A DNA stretch of 59,636 bases, taken from the IMG/VR virus record IMGVR_UViG_3300042567_001401, positions 1 to 59,636 of that record. One strand, given 5' to 3'. Position 1 is the first letter of the stretch. Each line of letters begins with the position of its first letter. Of this stretch, positions 35,710-45,500 are shown one piece after another. This DNA is from a virus (taxonomy: Duplodnaviria > Caudoviricetes). Both the position numbers and the translations under genes were made by a program. The notes beneath the pieces were generated by a model. That model saw only the letters and a program-made list of their open reading frames with translations, was not told the origin of the DNA and made no database searches.

Positions 35710-38700
35710 CGGATTTCGTTCACTTACATTGTCATTCTGAATACTCGTTACTAGATGGAATGTCAACACCAGAAGAGATAGCAAAAATTACAAGCACCAA
35801 CGGTCAAGTAGCTGCTGCTATTACAGATCACGGGACAATGGGCGGGGTTCTGAAATTCCAGGATGCTTGCTTGGCTAATAATGTAAAACCATTGTTTGGA
35901 GTAGAAGCCTACTTTGTGCCATCTATTGAATCCGACAGTGAAGATAAGAGTGAGCGCTTCCATTTAATTTTGCTGGCTAAAAACAATGAAGGTCTTAAGA
36001 AGCTATTTAAGATGAATCAAAAGGCTTGGGGAAGTAATTTCTACTATAAGCCTAGAATAGATTTCAGCCTGTTAGAAGAACTTGTTGATAACGATGTTAT
36101 CTCATTATCGGGTTGTATGGGTAGTGCTATTTCTAAGGCTATTGATGTTGGCGATATGGACAGAGCAGCTCAGTTGTCCGAAAGATTTATAAAGATATTT
36201 AAAGATGATTTCTACTTTGAAATTCAATCCTGGAACCCTAAGCATATAAATGACGGGTTAATCCAATTAGCAGACACCTATAACCGACCTGTACTGGCTA
36301 CTGCTGATTGTCATTTCCCCAGTCGTAAAGACAAGGGCTGTGAAGAGGTCTTGCTAATGCTTTCACAATACCCAAGCCTATCTGCCGCAGATCAACGCCA
36401 TGCTAAGGACCATGCTGATTGCTTGCACAACCCATCCCTTGATATGGTGGCAAAAATCAACAATATGTATCCTAACAGGCATCTTAGGTTTGATGATATT
36501 AACCCGTATGTGGCTGGTGCTGATGAGGTGGCTTCTTGGTTCAAAGATGCTGGCTACGACAGAATTGACATTCTGGAAAATACGATGGAAGTTGCGGAGA
36601 AGTGTACGGCTCGGATGGAAAAGCGGAAGAACCTGTTGCCGAAGTATATGAAGTCCATGAACTCGGATGATTACTTGGCTGAGATTACAAAATTCCGTTT
36701 GCAAGAGCTGGGGATTAATGATGAAGTTTATGTGAAGCGTCTTGATGAAGAGTTGGGCATCATTAAGCAACTCGGCTTTGCGGATTACTTTTTGATTGTA
36801 TGGGATTTGGTGAAGTGGGCTGACAACAACGGCATTGGTCGTGGTACGGGTCGTGGGTCTGTTGGCGGTAGCGTCATGGCGTTTTTGTTGGACATTACGC
36901 AAGTTGATCCAATCAAATACAATTTGCTGTTCGCTCGCTTTATTAATCCTGAGCGTAACGACTATCCCGACATTGACTTGGACTTTGAGGACAAGCGCCG
37001 TGATGAGGTTAAAACTTATCTCGCCACTCGCTGGGGCAAAGATAATGTAGCGGCAATTTCTATCTATGGTACTTTCAAATCAAAGAGTGCGGTTAAAGAT
37101 GTTGCGAGAGTGCTACAAGTTCCCTTTGCCGAAATCAACTCGGTCACTCCGTTTTTTGAAACCATTGATGAGCTTAAAGCCACCGAAAAAGGCAAGGTCT
37201 TTATCAAGAAGTATCCCGATGTTGTACCGTTGGCATCAAGGTTGGAAAATCGCATTCGTACCGCTGGAGTCCATGCGGCTGGAATGGTCGTTTCTTCCGT
37301 TCCGTTGACCGATGTTTGCCCCGTTGAATCTCGTAAAGACTCTCAGGGTGGAGACCGTTCGGCTGTTACCGCTTTTGCGATGGAAGATGCCGAAGCCGTT
37401 GGGCTTATTAAAATAGATGTTTTGGGTCTAAAGACCGTATCTGTGATTAAAGATTGCTTAGCAAAGATCCAGGAGCGTCTGGGGCTGGATGTGAGGGCTC
37501 AATCGTTGAAGCTGGATGACCATAAAGTGTTTGAAAACTTCAATAATATTAACACTGTTGGTATCTTTCAGGCTGATGCGGCTGCTTATAGAAACCTCAT
37601 TGAAAGAATGGGTATTGACAACTTTAATGACCTTGTTGTATCTAACGCATTGGTTAGACCTGGAGCCTTGCTTTCACAAGGGCAGAAATATATTGATTGC
37701 AAAAAGGGAGTCACTAAGCCTAAGTACCCTGACGAAGTAGTACGGGAAATCTTGGAAGAGACTTACGGTACTGTGATCTTCCAAGAGCAACTCATGCAAA
37801 TGGCTGTGCTACTTGCTGACTTTACTTGGTCAGAAGCCGACTCGTTGCGCAAGATCATTGGTAAGAAGCGAGATGTAGCTGGCTTTGATAAGTACAAAGA
37901 GAAGTTCGTAAATAACAAGTATCTCACTCCAGCACAATCTGAAAAGATCTGGTCTGAGTTTGAAATGTCAGCGTTGTATATGTTTAACAAATCACACGCT
38001 GTTGCTTACTCACTCATGTCATATCAGACAATGTGGTTGAAAATCAACTACCCTCTTGAATTCATATGGGCGCTTCTTTACAATGAGTCTGCATCTGACA
38101 AGATCACCGCTTACTTGATGGAAGCACAGAGGCTTGGATTGAAAATCTACGCTCCTGACATTAATAAATCAGAAGAGTTCTTTTCAATGTCACTCCCAGG
38201 AGAAGACGAAGGGATTCGCTTTGGTCTTGCCAATGTCACTGGATGTGGTACTAGTGCGATCAAAGAAATCACAACTAAGCGACCATTCAATTCATTTGAA
38301 GAGTTTAGTCATAAGTGTTCTAAGTCGGCTGTCAAAGCTCCGCTTAGAGAGAACTTGGATAAGGTTGGTGCGTTTGAATCAATCGGGCATGTATCGCAAT
38401 TTGATAATGAAAAGTACTACCTGCCAATTCTTGGGTTCCCAATTGCGGCTAATCAGCACAAGACTGCTATTGATGAGTTCGTAGAGAACGCAGATGAATT
38501 TCATGAAACAATGTCAAGTATTACTCTCATTAAAGCTGTAGTGCGCTCTACAAAGAAAGCTACTGGCTATTTGCGGGTGGAGTTTGAAGACCACTCAGGC
38601 TCTTGCACTGTGTTTGGTGAGCGCAATACTGAACTGGCACAGAGAGACTATGTTTATGCGCTGATTGGCGATAGAACTCTACATGCGTATTGTGATGTGT

Positions 38701-39107
38701 ATCAAGCAGAAGATTCTAGGCTGTTTAATATCATGATGATGAAAAAAGCTGGTACTGATCATAAGTATTCATGGCTATATGAACATGGCATTGGTTATGT
38801 AACTGATGAGAAAACTCTTGCCTACATTTTCAACATTAGAAACTTTATTACCTCATCTGGTAAGGAAATGGCTAGCGTTTACTGCTGGGATGGTAAGCAG
38901 TTCTTTAAGATCGTGATATTCGCTGCAGTTTACAAAAAGGTTAAGCAGATACTTAAGGAAGGCGAATGGTATGCAGTTCGTCTGTCAAAGGTTGAGGACA
39001 AGGATACTCTCAACCGTCTTGACTCTTACAAGCTTGAAGCGGCAGATAAAATTATTACTGTAGATGATTATGTAAAGAGGAAAAACCTTGTCAAGGAGAG
39101 CGTGTAG
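35706..39107 (+). CDS. dnaE: DNA polymerase III alpha subunit (family C) with PHP domain
   Basis: HLHCHSEYSLLDG, TDHG, TADCH, GRGSVGGS, PDIDLD, HAAG, KIDVLGL, FNKSHA; no intein seen. Confidence 0.97.
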   Translation: MTDFVHLHCHSEYSLLDGMSTPEEIAKITSTNGQVAAAITDHGTMGGVLKFQDACLANNVKPLFGVEAYFVPSIESDSEDKSERFHLILLAKNNEGLKKLFKMNQKAWGSNFYYKPRIDFSLLEELVDNDVISLSGCMGSAISKAIDVGDMDRAAQLSERFIKIFKDDFYFEIQSWNPKHINDGLIQLADTYNRPVLATADCHFPSRKDKGCEEVLLMLSQYPSLSAADQRHAKDHADCLHNPSLDMVAKINNMYPNRHLRFDDINPYVAGADEVASWFKDAGYDRIDILENTMEVAEKCTARMEKRKNLLPKYMKSMNSDDYLAEITKFRLQELGINDEVYVKRLDEELGIIKQLGFADYFLIVWDLVKWADNNGIGRGTGRGSVGGSVMAFLLDITQVDPIKYNLLFARFINPERNDYPDIDLDFEDKRRDEVKTYLATRWGKDNVAAISIYGTFKSKSAVKDVARVLQVPFAEINSVTPFFETIDELKATEKGKVFIKKYPDVVPLASRLENRIRTAGVHAAGMVVSSVPLTDVCPVESRKDSQGGDRSAVTAFAMEDAEAVGLIKIDVLGLKTVSVIKDCLAKIQERLGLDVRAQSLKLDDHKVFENFNNINTVGIFQADAAAYRNLIERMGIDNFNDLVVSNALVRPGALLSQGQKYIDCKKGVTKPKYPDEVVREILEETYGTVIFQEQLMQMAVLLADFTWSEADSLRKIIGKKRDVAGFDKYKEKFVNNKYLTPAQSEKIWSEFEMSALYMFNKSHAVAYSLMSYQTMWLKINYPLEFIWALLYNESASDKITAYLMEAQRLGLKIYAPDINKSEEFFSMSLPGEDEGIRFGLANVTGCGTSAIKEITTKRPFNSFEEFSHKCSKSAVKAPLRENLDKVGAFESIGHVSQFDNEKYYLPILGFPIAANQHKTAIDEFVENADEFHETMSSITLIKAVVRSTKKATGYLRVEFEDHSGSCTVFGERNTELAQRDYVYALIGDRTLHAYCDVYQAEDSRLFNIMMMKKAGTDHKYSWLYEHGIGYVTDEKTLAYIFNIRNFITSSGKEMASVYCWDGKQFFKIVIFAAVYKKVKQILKEGEWYAVRLSKVEDKDTLNRLDSYKLEAADKIITVDDYVKRKNLVKESV

Positions 39108-39829
39108 TGCCTCTAACTATTTACATACCAACATACAAGCGTGAATCAGTTGTGCAGTGTGTGGAGAGTATTATTAATCAATTTACAAATGATATTGAAT
39201 TAATTATATCTGACAACGACCAAGATGCTTTTGCTGGCGATCTTTTATACCCGTACAGGGAATACATAACAGAGTATTCAGTAAGAAAGCAAAACATAGG
39301 TTGTGATGGCAATTGCCTGCATGGACTAACATCTGGAACTGGTGAGTATGTGTGGGTGCTGGGTGATGATGATGTTCTGCTCCCAGGTGCTATTGCGACA
39401 TTACTGCCTATGTTAAATGGTGTTGATAGAATAATGCAATACGCCCCTTACTCTGGAGAATTAAAGCCTGGTTTTTCTGGTACAATGGTTGAATTGATAA
39501 ACAGCCTTAATGATAAATCGTATGTGATTGCTGCGACATTAGCAAGTATGAATATTTGGAAAAGAGATGTGATGGATTTTAAAATTGGGACAAAGTATCT
39601 TGACTCAAGGAATGTTTTAGCTTGGTCTGGAATTAATTGCAAAACAGTAAGTATCCCGAATATTCCAACTGTTTTAGTAAATGATACAAATCTTTTTGAA
39701 TTTAAAGATTTTGACAATGTGATGTTTGAATACTGCGATGCTCTTTCTGATATTGATGGGGTTGAGAAGTTTACATTTCACAATGCAAATAAATGGAATT
39801 TCGTTAGTGCGTCAATGGAGAAAAAATGA
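39107..39829 (+). CDS. glycosyltransferase family 2
   Basis: IYIPTYKR, IISDND, NIG..GN, YVWVLGDDD. Confidence 0.88.
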   Translation: MPLTIYIPTYKRESVVQCVESIINQFTNDIELIISDNDQDAFAGDLLYPYREYITEYSVRKQNIGCDGNCLHGLTSGTGEYVWVLGDDDVLLPGAIATLLPMLNGVDRIMQYAPYSGELKPGFSGTMVELINSLNDKSYVIAATLASMNIWKRDVMDFKIGTKYLDSRNVLAWSGINCKTVSIPNIPTVLVNDTNLFEFKDFDNVMFEYCDALSDIDGVEKFTFHNANKWNFVSASMEKK

Positions 39830-40260
39830 TTGTATACACAGGTGGAACATTTGATCTATTTCATTCGGGTCATAGCCGATTACTAGAGAGATGTAAGAAC
39901 ATAGCTGGTGTCGGTGGTCAAGTAGTGGTGTCGGTTAACCCAAGTGAATTCTGCTCCCAGTATAAAGAACCGCCAATTTGTGAATTATTTGAAAGAATGG
40001 AAGTTGTATCTTCTTGCAAATGGGTGGACAAGGTTATCATTAACACAGGTGGGGCTGATTCAAAACCTGCTATCCTAGAGGCGAAAGCAGATGTCATTGT
40101 TGTTGGTTCAGATTGGGAGACTAAGGATTACCATAAGCAAATGGGCTTCACCCAGGAATGGCTTGATGAACATAACATTAAAGTAATCTTTGTTCCGTAT
40201 AGCGAGCACATTTCAACAACAATTATTAAATCAAGAATTCTAGATAGAATGTTTCAATAA
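39826..40260 (+). CDS. cytidylyltransferase (TagD/RfaE-like)
   Basis: YTGGTFDLFHSGH (HxGH), ERMEVV..CKWVD.V, VGSDW, ISTT.IK. Confidence 0.9.
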   Translation: MIVYTGGTFDLFHSGHSRLLERCKNIAGVGGQVVVSVNPSEFCSQYKEPPICELFERMEVVSSCKWVDKVIINTGGADSKPAILEAKADVIVVGSDWETKDYHKQMGFTQEWLDEHNIKVIFVPYSEHISTTIIKSRILDRMFQ

Positions 40261-40269
40261 AGGAGAAAT

Positions 40270-41184
40270 ATGTTAATTGTAGATAAACGCAAAGGGCAGA
40301 CAATGCCTATTCATGATGTTATTCCAACCCCTAGCATCGGTTTAAATCGTGCTTTAGGCGGTGGTCTTAATACTGGTGCGACTCATTTATTCTGGGGTAC
40401 GCCATCGGTAGGTAAGACAACCATGTGTTTTCGCATTATTGCTGAAGCTCAAAAGCTTGGGTATCGCCCTGTTATCATTGATTCGGAGTCATCATATAAT
40501 GATGCGTATGCAGCTAAGTGCGGCATAAACATTGAGGATGTAGTAATCATCCAATCTACCATCGTAGAAGACATTATGAAGAACTTGATTGGGTATTTGA
40601 CAGATGACAAGGAGAAGCACATCTTCTTGTTTGACTCACTATCTAACATCATTAAGGAAGAGTTTTACGATAAGCCTGAAGGCGGTAAAGCAATGGGCTT
40701 GCAGTCACGCTCGCAGGGATACCTATTACAGAAGCTAGTGAACTATCTTCATAAAGAGCGTAACATTATGCTATTCGTTGCTCACCAAACAGTTGACTTG
40801 AGCGGAATGTTTGCGGTAACAAAAGCCAAGATGGGAAACACGGTTCATCACAACATGCACAACATCGTCAAGCTGTTTCTTTCAATGTCAAAGAGTGAAA
40901 TGGAGCGTGAAGAGAACAACATGATTACCTCGCAACGAGCGACCTGGACTGTTGAAAAAACAAAACAAATTCCTACAATCGGCGCAACAGGCTATTACTA
41001 TGTTCTCCCACAAGAGGGTAGGATTGACCAAGAGCGTGAGATTATTGATATTGCTATTGAAATGGATATTATCCAACGCAAAGGTGCTTGGTATAATTAT
41101 GAAGAAAGCAAGTGGAATGGTATGGGTGCGATTGAATTGACTGACAAACAAGTTAAAGAGATTTTTAAAAGGATTAACTCATGA
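40270..41184 (+). CDS. recA: RecA/UvsX-like recombinase
   Basis: TPSIGLNRALGGGL, GTPSVGKT Walker A, IDSE, FDSL, IQRKGAWYNY. Confidence 0.88.
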   Translation: MLIVDKRKGQTMPIHDVIPTPSIGLNRALGGGLNTGATHLFWGTPSVGKTTMCFRIIAEAQKLGYRPVIIDSESSYNDAYAAKCGINIEDVVIIQSTIVEDIMKNLIGYLTDDKEKHIFLFDSLSNIIKEEFYDKPEGGKAMGLQSRSQGYLLQKLVNYLHKERNIMLFVAHQTVDLSGMFAVTKAKMGNTVHHNMHNIVKLFLSMSKSEMEREENNMITSQRATWTVEKTKQIPTIGATGYYYVLPQEGRIDQEREIIDIAIEMDIIQRKGAWYNYEESKWNGMGAIELTDKQVKEIFKRINS

Positions 41185-41333
41185 GTGATGATTTCAAGCG
41201 GTTGCGAGAAATAGTTCGTAATTATGTAAAAGCTGAGGATGCATACCTCAGCGCATACCCAGAGACTGATACATCTCATCTAAAAAAGAAGGTTGATGAA
41301 GCGTGGGAAGCGCTGAAAAAAGAGGTGTTGTAA
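41181..41333 (+). CDS. hypothetical protein (50 aa, not in the ORF track)
   Basis: MSDDFKRLREIVRNYVKAEDAYLSAYPETDTSHLKKKVDEAWEALKKEVL; ATGA overlap with recA, fills the gap exactly. Confidence 0.6.
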   Translation: MSDDFKRLREIVRNYVKAEDAYLSAYPETDTSHLKKKVDEAWEALKKEVL

Positions 41334-42575
41334 TTGATATTTTCAATTCATACTGATCAGCATATTAAAGATGCGGGCGGTGTGTTTGGGTATGCTTATG
41401 GCTACGACAATATTGTAAAACATTTTAATCAGTTTACTTATCGTGGTAAACAATTAGAAGTCGTGGATAATGACCCATCCGCTCAGATTCAAATGTTTTA
41501 TATGGAACCAGAATGGCATAACCCCGTCACTGGTCATGATTTTAGGCAGCCAGGGTTTAAGAAACACCATGATCACCAATATAAGATTAATGGCACATAC
41601 TTAGAAGCTACAAAGGCTTGGGATTGGTGGATTCCCACCATGAAAACATTTGATGAAATCTGGGTAGGCAACCAATTCTCCGCAGATGCTGTTGCAAATT
41701 CTGGGGTAAATGTCCCTACATATGTATTTGAACTTGGCATTGACGATATGTGGAAGCCGTTTAAACGAGGCAATCGGGGCAAGATAAAGTTTTTACATGT
41801 TGATTCAGGCAGCCTACGCAAGAGGGCTGACCTTGTTGAAGAGGCTTTTCTTAAGCTGTTTAAAAACAATAAGGGTGTTGAGTTGACTCTTAAATACCAT
41901 AGTAATGATGGTTACAGTGTTATGAATTTATTTAATACTAAAGAATCAGAGCCAAACATAGGAAAGATATTTAAAACACTAACTCAAGAGGAGATGGTTG
42001 ATTTATATCATCAGCATGATATTCTAGTCTATCCTACAGAGGGCGAGGGGTTTGGGTTGATACCTCTTCAAGCTTTGGCTACAGGTATGCCTACAATCTC
42101 AACAAGTAGATGGTGTACCTACGAAAAATATCTCGGTAGCAATATTATTGAATCAACACTCGGCAGAACGCAACATTCTGGCTATCACACTGGAGATGTA
42201 ATCATACCAAGCTTAGAATCAACTGTTGAGTTGATGAGAAAAGCGGTTGAGGAATTTGATGCTCAGTGCGATTATTATTACAAACAAGCCCCTAGAGTTA
42301 TTAAAGAATACAACTGGCAATCTCAATGCGATAAGATGCTTAAATCTTTGATCAAGCGTGTTGGGGTGAAAATGTTTGAGCCTGTGGGCAAAGTGTCTAG
42401 GGCGAAATATATATATTTTCAAAGAGGCTCTGGGTATAGCACAAGCTCTGGTATAAAATTTTCAAAAGAAAATCCAGTGCAGAAGGTGTCTGACGAAGAA
42501 TATAATTATTTAATTATGAATTCTAATTTTAGACAACCAACAGACCAAGAGATTACGAAACACTTAGGAGAGTGA
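41334..42575 (+). CDS. glycosyltransferase family 4 (GT-B) with a C-terminal extension
   Basis: DEIWV, RKRADL, YPTEGEGFGLIPLQALATGMPTI; extra ~55-aa C-terminal domain. Confidence 0.88.
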   Translation: MIFSIHTDQHIKDAGGVFGYAYGYDNIVKHFNQFTYRGKQLEVVDNDPSAQIQMFYMEPEWHNPVTGHDFRQPGFKKHHDHQYKINGTYLEATKAWDWWIPTMKTFDEIWVGNQFSADAVANSGVNVPTYVFELGIDDMWKPFKRGNRGKIKFLHVDSGSLRKRADLVEEAFLKLFKNNKGVELTLKYHSNDGYSVMNLFNTKESEPNIGKIFKTLTQEEMVDLYHQHDILVYPTEGEGFGLIPLQALATGMPTISTSRWCTYEKYLGSNIIESTLGRTQHSGYHTGDVIIPSLESTVELMRKAVEEFDAQCDYYYKQAPRVIKEYNWQSQCDKMLKSLIKRVGVKMFEPVGKVSRAKYIYFQRGSGYSTSSGIKFSKENPVQKVSDEEYNYLIMNSNFRQPTDQEITKHLGE

Positions 42576-42579
42576 TTGC

Positions 42580-42675
42580 ATGATTATCATAGGTGTGAGA
42601 TCCTATAAATGCTTCTGTCCCAAGCCCATCCCCGAAAACCCTGAGTGTGGTGATAAGGAGTCTGAGGATGATTAG
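42580..42675 (+). CDS. tiny Cys-containing hypothetical protein (31 aa)
   Basis: MIIIGVRSYKCFCPKPIPENPECGDKESEDD; GGAG upstream. Confidence 0.35.
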   Translation: MIIIGVRSYKCFCPKPIPENPECGDKESEDD

Positions 42676-42685
42676 GTGGTTTATT

Positions 42686-42841
42686 ATGTTTAAAAAGAAA
42701 ATGGATTATGCTAAAGAAATTAATGATTTAAAGAAAAGAATTGAAGAAAATGAAAACAGACTTGCAATTCTTCGTGTACAATACATTCTAATGAAATCTG
42801 ACCGAGACCGACTGAAAGAACTTATTAGTGAAAAGAACTGA
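42686..42841 (+). CDS. small coiled-coil hypothetical protein
   Basis: Heptad pattern; GGTGG before ATG 42686. Confidence 0.5.
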   Translation: MFKKKMDYAKEINDLKKRIEENENRLAILRVQYILMKSDRDRLKELISEKN

Positions 42842-43130
42842 AAAAGAAGAAATTAAGCGTGACAAAGCAAAAGCTGTCAAGAATTCAGGTCGTGGGCTTA
42901 AGAAAGGCGATGCCTCTCTTCACAAGTTTTTAGTTGATTACAAGCATAATGAAAAAACTTTTACGCTAACTCTCAAAGCCTGGGAGAAGATGAGAAAAGA
43001 CGCTTTTAACGCTAATTATAAATACCCGTGTATTTCCGTTGTGTTTGGTGAGAATTCCCAAACAAAAGTCGCTATAATTGATTGGGATGTACTCCAGGAT
43101 TTAATTAAAGGAAGCGAATATGAAGTTTAA
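42828..43130 (+). CDS. Holliday junction resolvase-like PD-(D/E)xK nuclease
   Basis: E...D...KNSGRG..KGDA...FLVDYK; W.K...DA. Confidence 0.75.
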   Translation: MKRTEKEEIKRDKAKAVKNSGRGLKKGDASLHKFLVDYKHNEKTFTLTLKAWEKMRKDAFNANYKYPCISVVFGENSQTKVAIIDWDVLQDLIKGSEYEV

Positions 43131-43296
43131 ATTTTGTTGCGATAAACTATCTGGTCACAAGAGTCTTGGTATAAACCTTGATCATGATGAATTTGCCATT
43201 GGTGTAAATCTTATATTTTGGTTTGTTGGGATTGCAAAAGTCTATCCGCCATATCAAGCTTTAGTTAAAACAGAAGATCTTAGAAAGGATATGTAA
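43120..43296 (+). CDS. hypothetical protein (58 aa, not in the track)
   Basis: MKFKFCCDKLSGHKSLGINLDHDEFAIGVNLIFWFVGIAKVYPPYQALVKTEDLRKDM; TAATG-coupled to the next gene. Confidence 0.5.
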   Translation: MKFKFCCDKLSGHKSLGINLDHDEFAIGVNLIFWFVGIAKVYPPYQALVKTEDLRKDM

Positions 43297-43613
43297 TGCC
43301 AGATATTATAATTAATAAAGAAGTTCTTGCTGAGCAAATGGGCGATAAAGCAGAGGAGTTTGTAGAATGTATAAGGATAGTTGAAGACATTATCCATAAC
43401 CCAGACCATTATCTAGGCGGGCAGGCTGTTAAGTATGCTAATATATTAGCAGCGTATAGAACATTGATGATTATTAAATCACAAGCTTTTAAAAGAAAGT
43501 CTGCGGTTATGAATGATCAAGATAAGTTTGTTAATGATATATGGAAGACCATGTATGAAGCATTAGGTGAAAACATAAATGCACTTAAACTCGCTGCGAA
43601 AGGCGGAATGTAA
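43296..43613 (+). CDS. hypothetical helical protein
   Basis: GAAAGGA RBS; coupled to the exonuclease gene. Confidence 0.6.
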   Translation: MPDIIINKEVLAEQMGDKAEEFVECIRIVEDIIHNPDHYLGGQAVKYANILAAYRTLMIIKSQAFKRKSAVMNDQDKFVNDIWKTMYEALGENINALKLAAKGGM

Positions 43614-44353
43614 TGAAATCACTAAAAGTATTGAGGAACCCAAAGCCAGTAGAAGTTGCAGTGGAAGTTCCAGAGGAGAGCTTTACTACCGCTCAGTTGG
43701 TAGATAGTTTAAATAAAGCTATTGACGAAAGTTTGACGGAAAGAAATAAGCCAGAATTCAAAAAAGTCAAGGGGTTCCACCCAAGCTATACCAACCAATG
43801 TTCACGCTATTGGTATTATATGTTTGATGGAGTCAGTGTAACTCCAGACTTTAGAGCGCAAACGCTTAGAATTTTTGATAATGGTCATGCTGTTCATGAC
43901 AGATTGTACGGATATTTTAGAGAGATGGGTATCTTGGTAGCCGAAGAAATTCCTGTTACTTATTCATCGCCTCCGATTGAAGGAACGGCAGATGGAATTA
44001 TTAACTGGCATGGAGAAAAATTGATTGAATTAAAATCAATTAGCTCAGAAGGATTCCATTACAGAAAACTGTACAACAAGCCAAAGGATGAGCATTACAG
44101 ACAAGCTCAGATTTACATGGAGTGCTTGAATCTAGATGGCGGTTTTGTTATTTATGAATGTAAGAACAATCAAGAAATTCTTCCTATTTATATTGAAAAA
44201 GACCAGGCTTTCATAGACAAGCTCTTTAAGAAATACAGAGATATTTATGGGAATTATACTAGCGGTAATATCCCTGTCAGACCGTACAAGAGAACATCTA
44301 AGCATTGTTCGGATTGTAATGTGTCTGCTTTATGCTGGGGAGACAGTGATTAA
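43613..44353 (+). CDS. Cas4-like PD-(D/E)xK exonuclease
   Basis: HPS..NQCSR, G...H, GTADGI, IELKS, QAQIYM, C..C...LC (4-Cys Fe-S). Confidence 0.88.
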   Translation: MKSLKVLRNPKPVEVAVEVPEESFTTAQLVDSLNKAIDESLTERNKPEFKKVKGFHPSYTNQCSRYWYYMFDGVSVTPDFRAQTLRIFDNGHAVHDRLYGYFREMGILVAEEIPVTYSSPPIEGTADGIINWHGEKLIELKSISSEGFHYRKLYNKPKDEHYRQAQIYMECLNLDGGFVIYECKNNQEILPIYIEKDQAFIDKLFKKYRDIYGNYTSGNIPVRPYKRTSKHCSDCNVSALCWGDSD

Positions 44354-44654
44354 TGATGACGAAAGGACATGCAAAAATTTAGATTGCAGTAGACCGTTTA
44401 AGGCTAAATCTTATAATAGTATTTATTGTTCGGCAGAATGCAGAAGAATTGTTACAAATGCAAAATTGCTAAGTAACTATTATGAAAAAAAAGCTAATAT
44501 AAATAAAAAAAGAATTTGTAAAACAAAAGAATGTGAAACTGTATTATCACGGTATAATAAAGAAAATATATGTGAGAAATGCAAAAGAGAGCGGTTTGTG
44601 CAAAGGCTAGTTGGGTGGGGCTGGGAAGAAGGCTCGGTCAGGGACAGCATGTAA
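44346..44654 (+). CDS. Cys-rich zinc-finger protein
   Basis: CKNLDC...YCSAEC...CKTKEC...CEKC; likely GTG start at 44346. Confidence 0.7.
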   Translation: MINDDERTCKNLDCSRPFKAKSYNSIYCSAECRRIVTNAKLLSNYYEKKANINKKRICKTKECETVLSRYNKENICEKCKRERFVQRLVGWGWEEGSVRDSM

Positions 44655-45217
44655 TGAATCTTAAAAATATAGTTAGCGCCCATGACAAGAGAATTTTATC
44701 AATAGACCCGTCTTCTCATTCTTTGGGCTGGGCTGTTATTGATTTTAATAATGGTCTTAAATTGCTTGATTGTGGAAAAATTAAATTTACAAAAACAAAT
44801 GATATTTCTATAAAGTTTAATGAAATCAATAGTGGTGTTAAAGAAATTTGTAAAAAATATAGCCCATCTATGACTGTTATTGAGCAATCAGTTTACATTC
44901 AAAATTTTCAAACAAGTAGAGTTATTTCTTATATAATTGGTTACACCTGGGGCATAGTTCAGGGTTATTGTTTTAAGGTCATGGATATTAATCCAATTCT
45001 TTGGAAACGGGGGATTGGGTATAAAAATATATCTAAAGCAGATAAAATAGTTTTTGACACTGAGGCTAAGAAAAAGAAAGAAAGAAAAGATCGTGTCAGA
45101 GATATTATTACTGATTACTTTCAAATGGAAGAAGAAAATCTAAAAGATGATGATATTGTTGATGCAGTCGGCATTGGACTTTGGTATTATTTAATGGCGG
45201 TATCTAATGGCTCTTGA
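44654..45217 (+). CDS. ruvC: RuvC-like Holliday junction resolvase
   Basis: ILSIDPSSHSLGWAV, VIEQ, P..WK, DDIVDAVGIG; start ATG 44654. Confidence 0.85.
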   Translation: MNLKNIVSAHDKRILSIDPSSHSLGWAVIDFNNGLKLLDCGKIKFTKTNDISIKFNEINSGVKEICKKYSPSMTVIEQSVYIQNFQTSRVISYIIGYTWGIVQGYCFKVMDINPILWKRGIGYKNISKADKIVFDTEAKKKKERKDRVRDIITDYFQMEEENLKDDDIVDAVGIGLWYYLMAVSNGS

Positions 45218-45500
45218 ACCTTATAAAGATAAAACATGGCTGTATGAGCACTATGTAAAGAAGCGAATGAATTTGACGGACATTGTAAAGCTGCTGAAGC
45301 AAACTTACAATGTTGAAATTTCTCCGCAAGGTCTTTACAACTGGTGCAGTAAGTATGATCTTTTGAAGTACAGAGGGAAAGGTAGAAATCTATCTGCTAC
45401 ATCTAAAAAGCCAAAATCACCAATGCAACAGAAGGCTGAGCAAATGAAGCGTGATAGAAGGAAAGCAATGCAAAATAGAAAGAAAGGTATGGGTAGATAA
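45207..45500 (+). CDS. HTH DNA-binding protein
   Basis: YKDKTWLYEHYV...LTDIVK...ISPQGLYNW; basic tail. Confidence 0.65.
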   Translation: MALEPYKDKTWLYEHYVKKRMNLTDIVKLLKQTYNVEISPQGLYNWCSKYDLLKYRGKGRNLSATSKKPKSPMQQKAEQMKRDRRKAMQNRKKGMGR

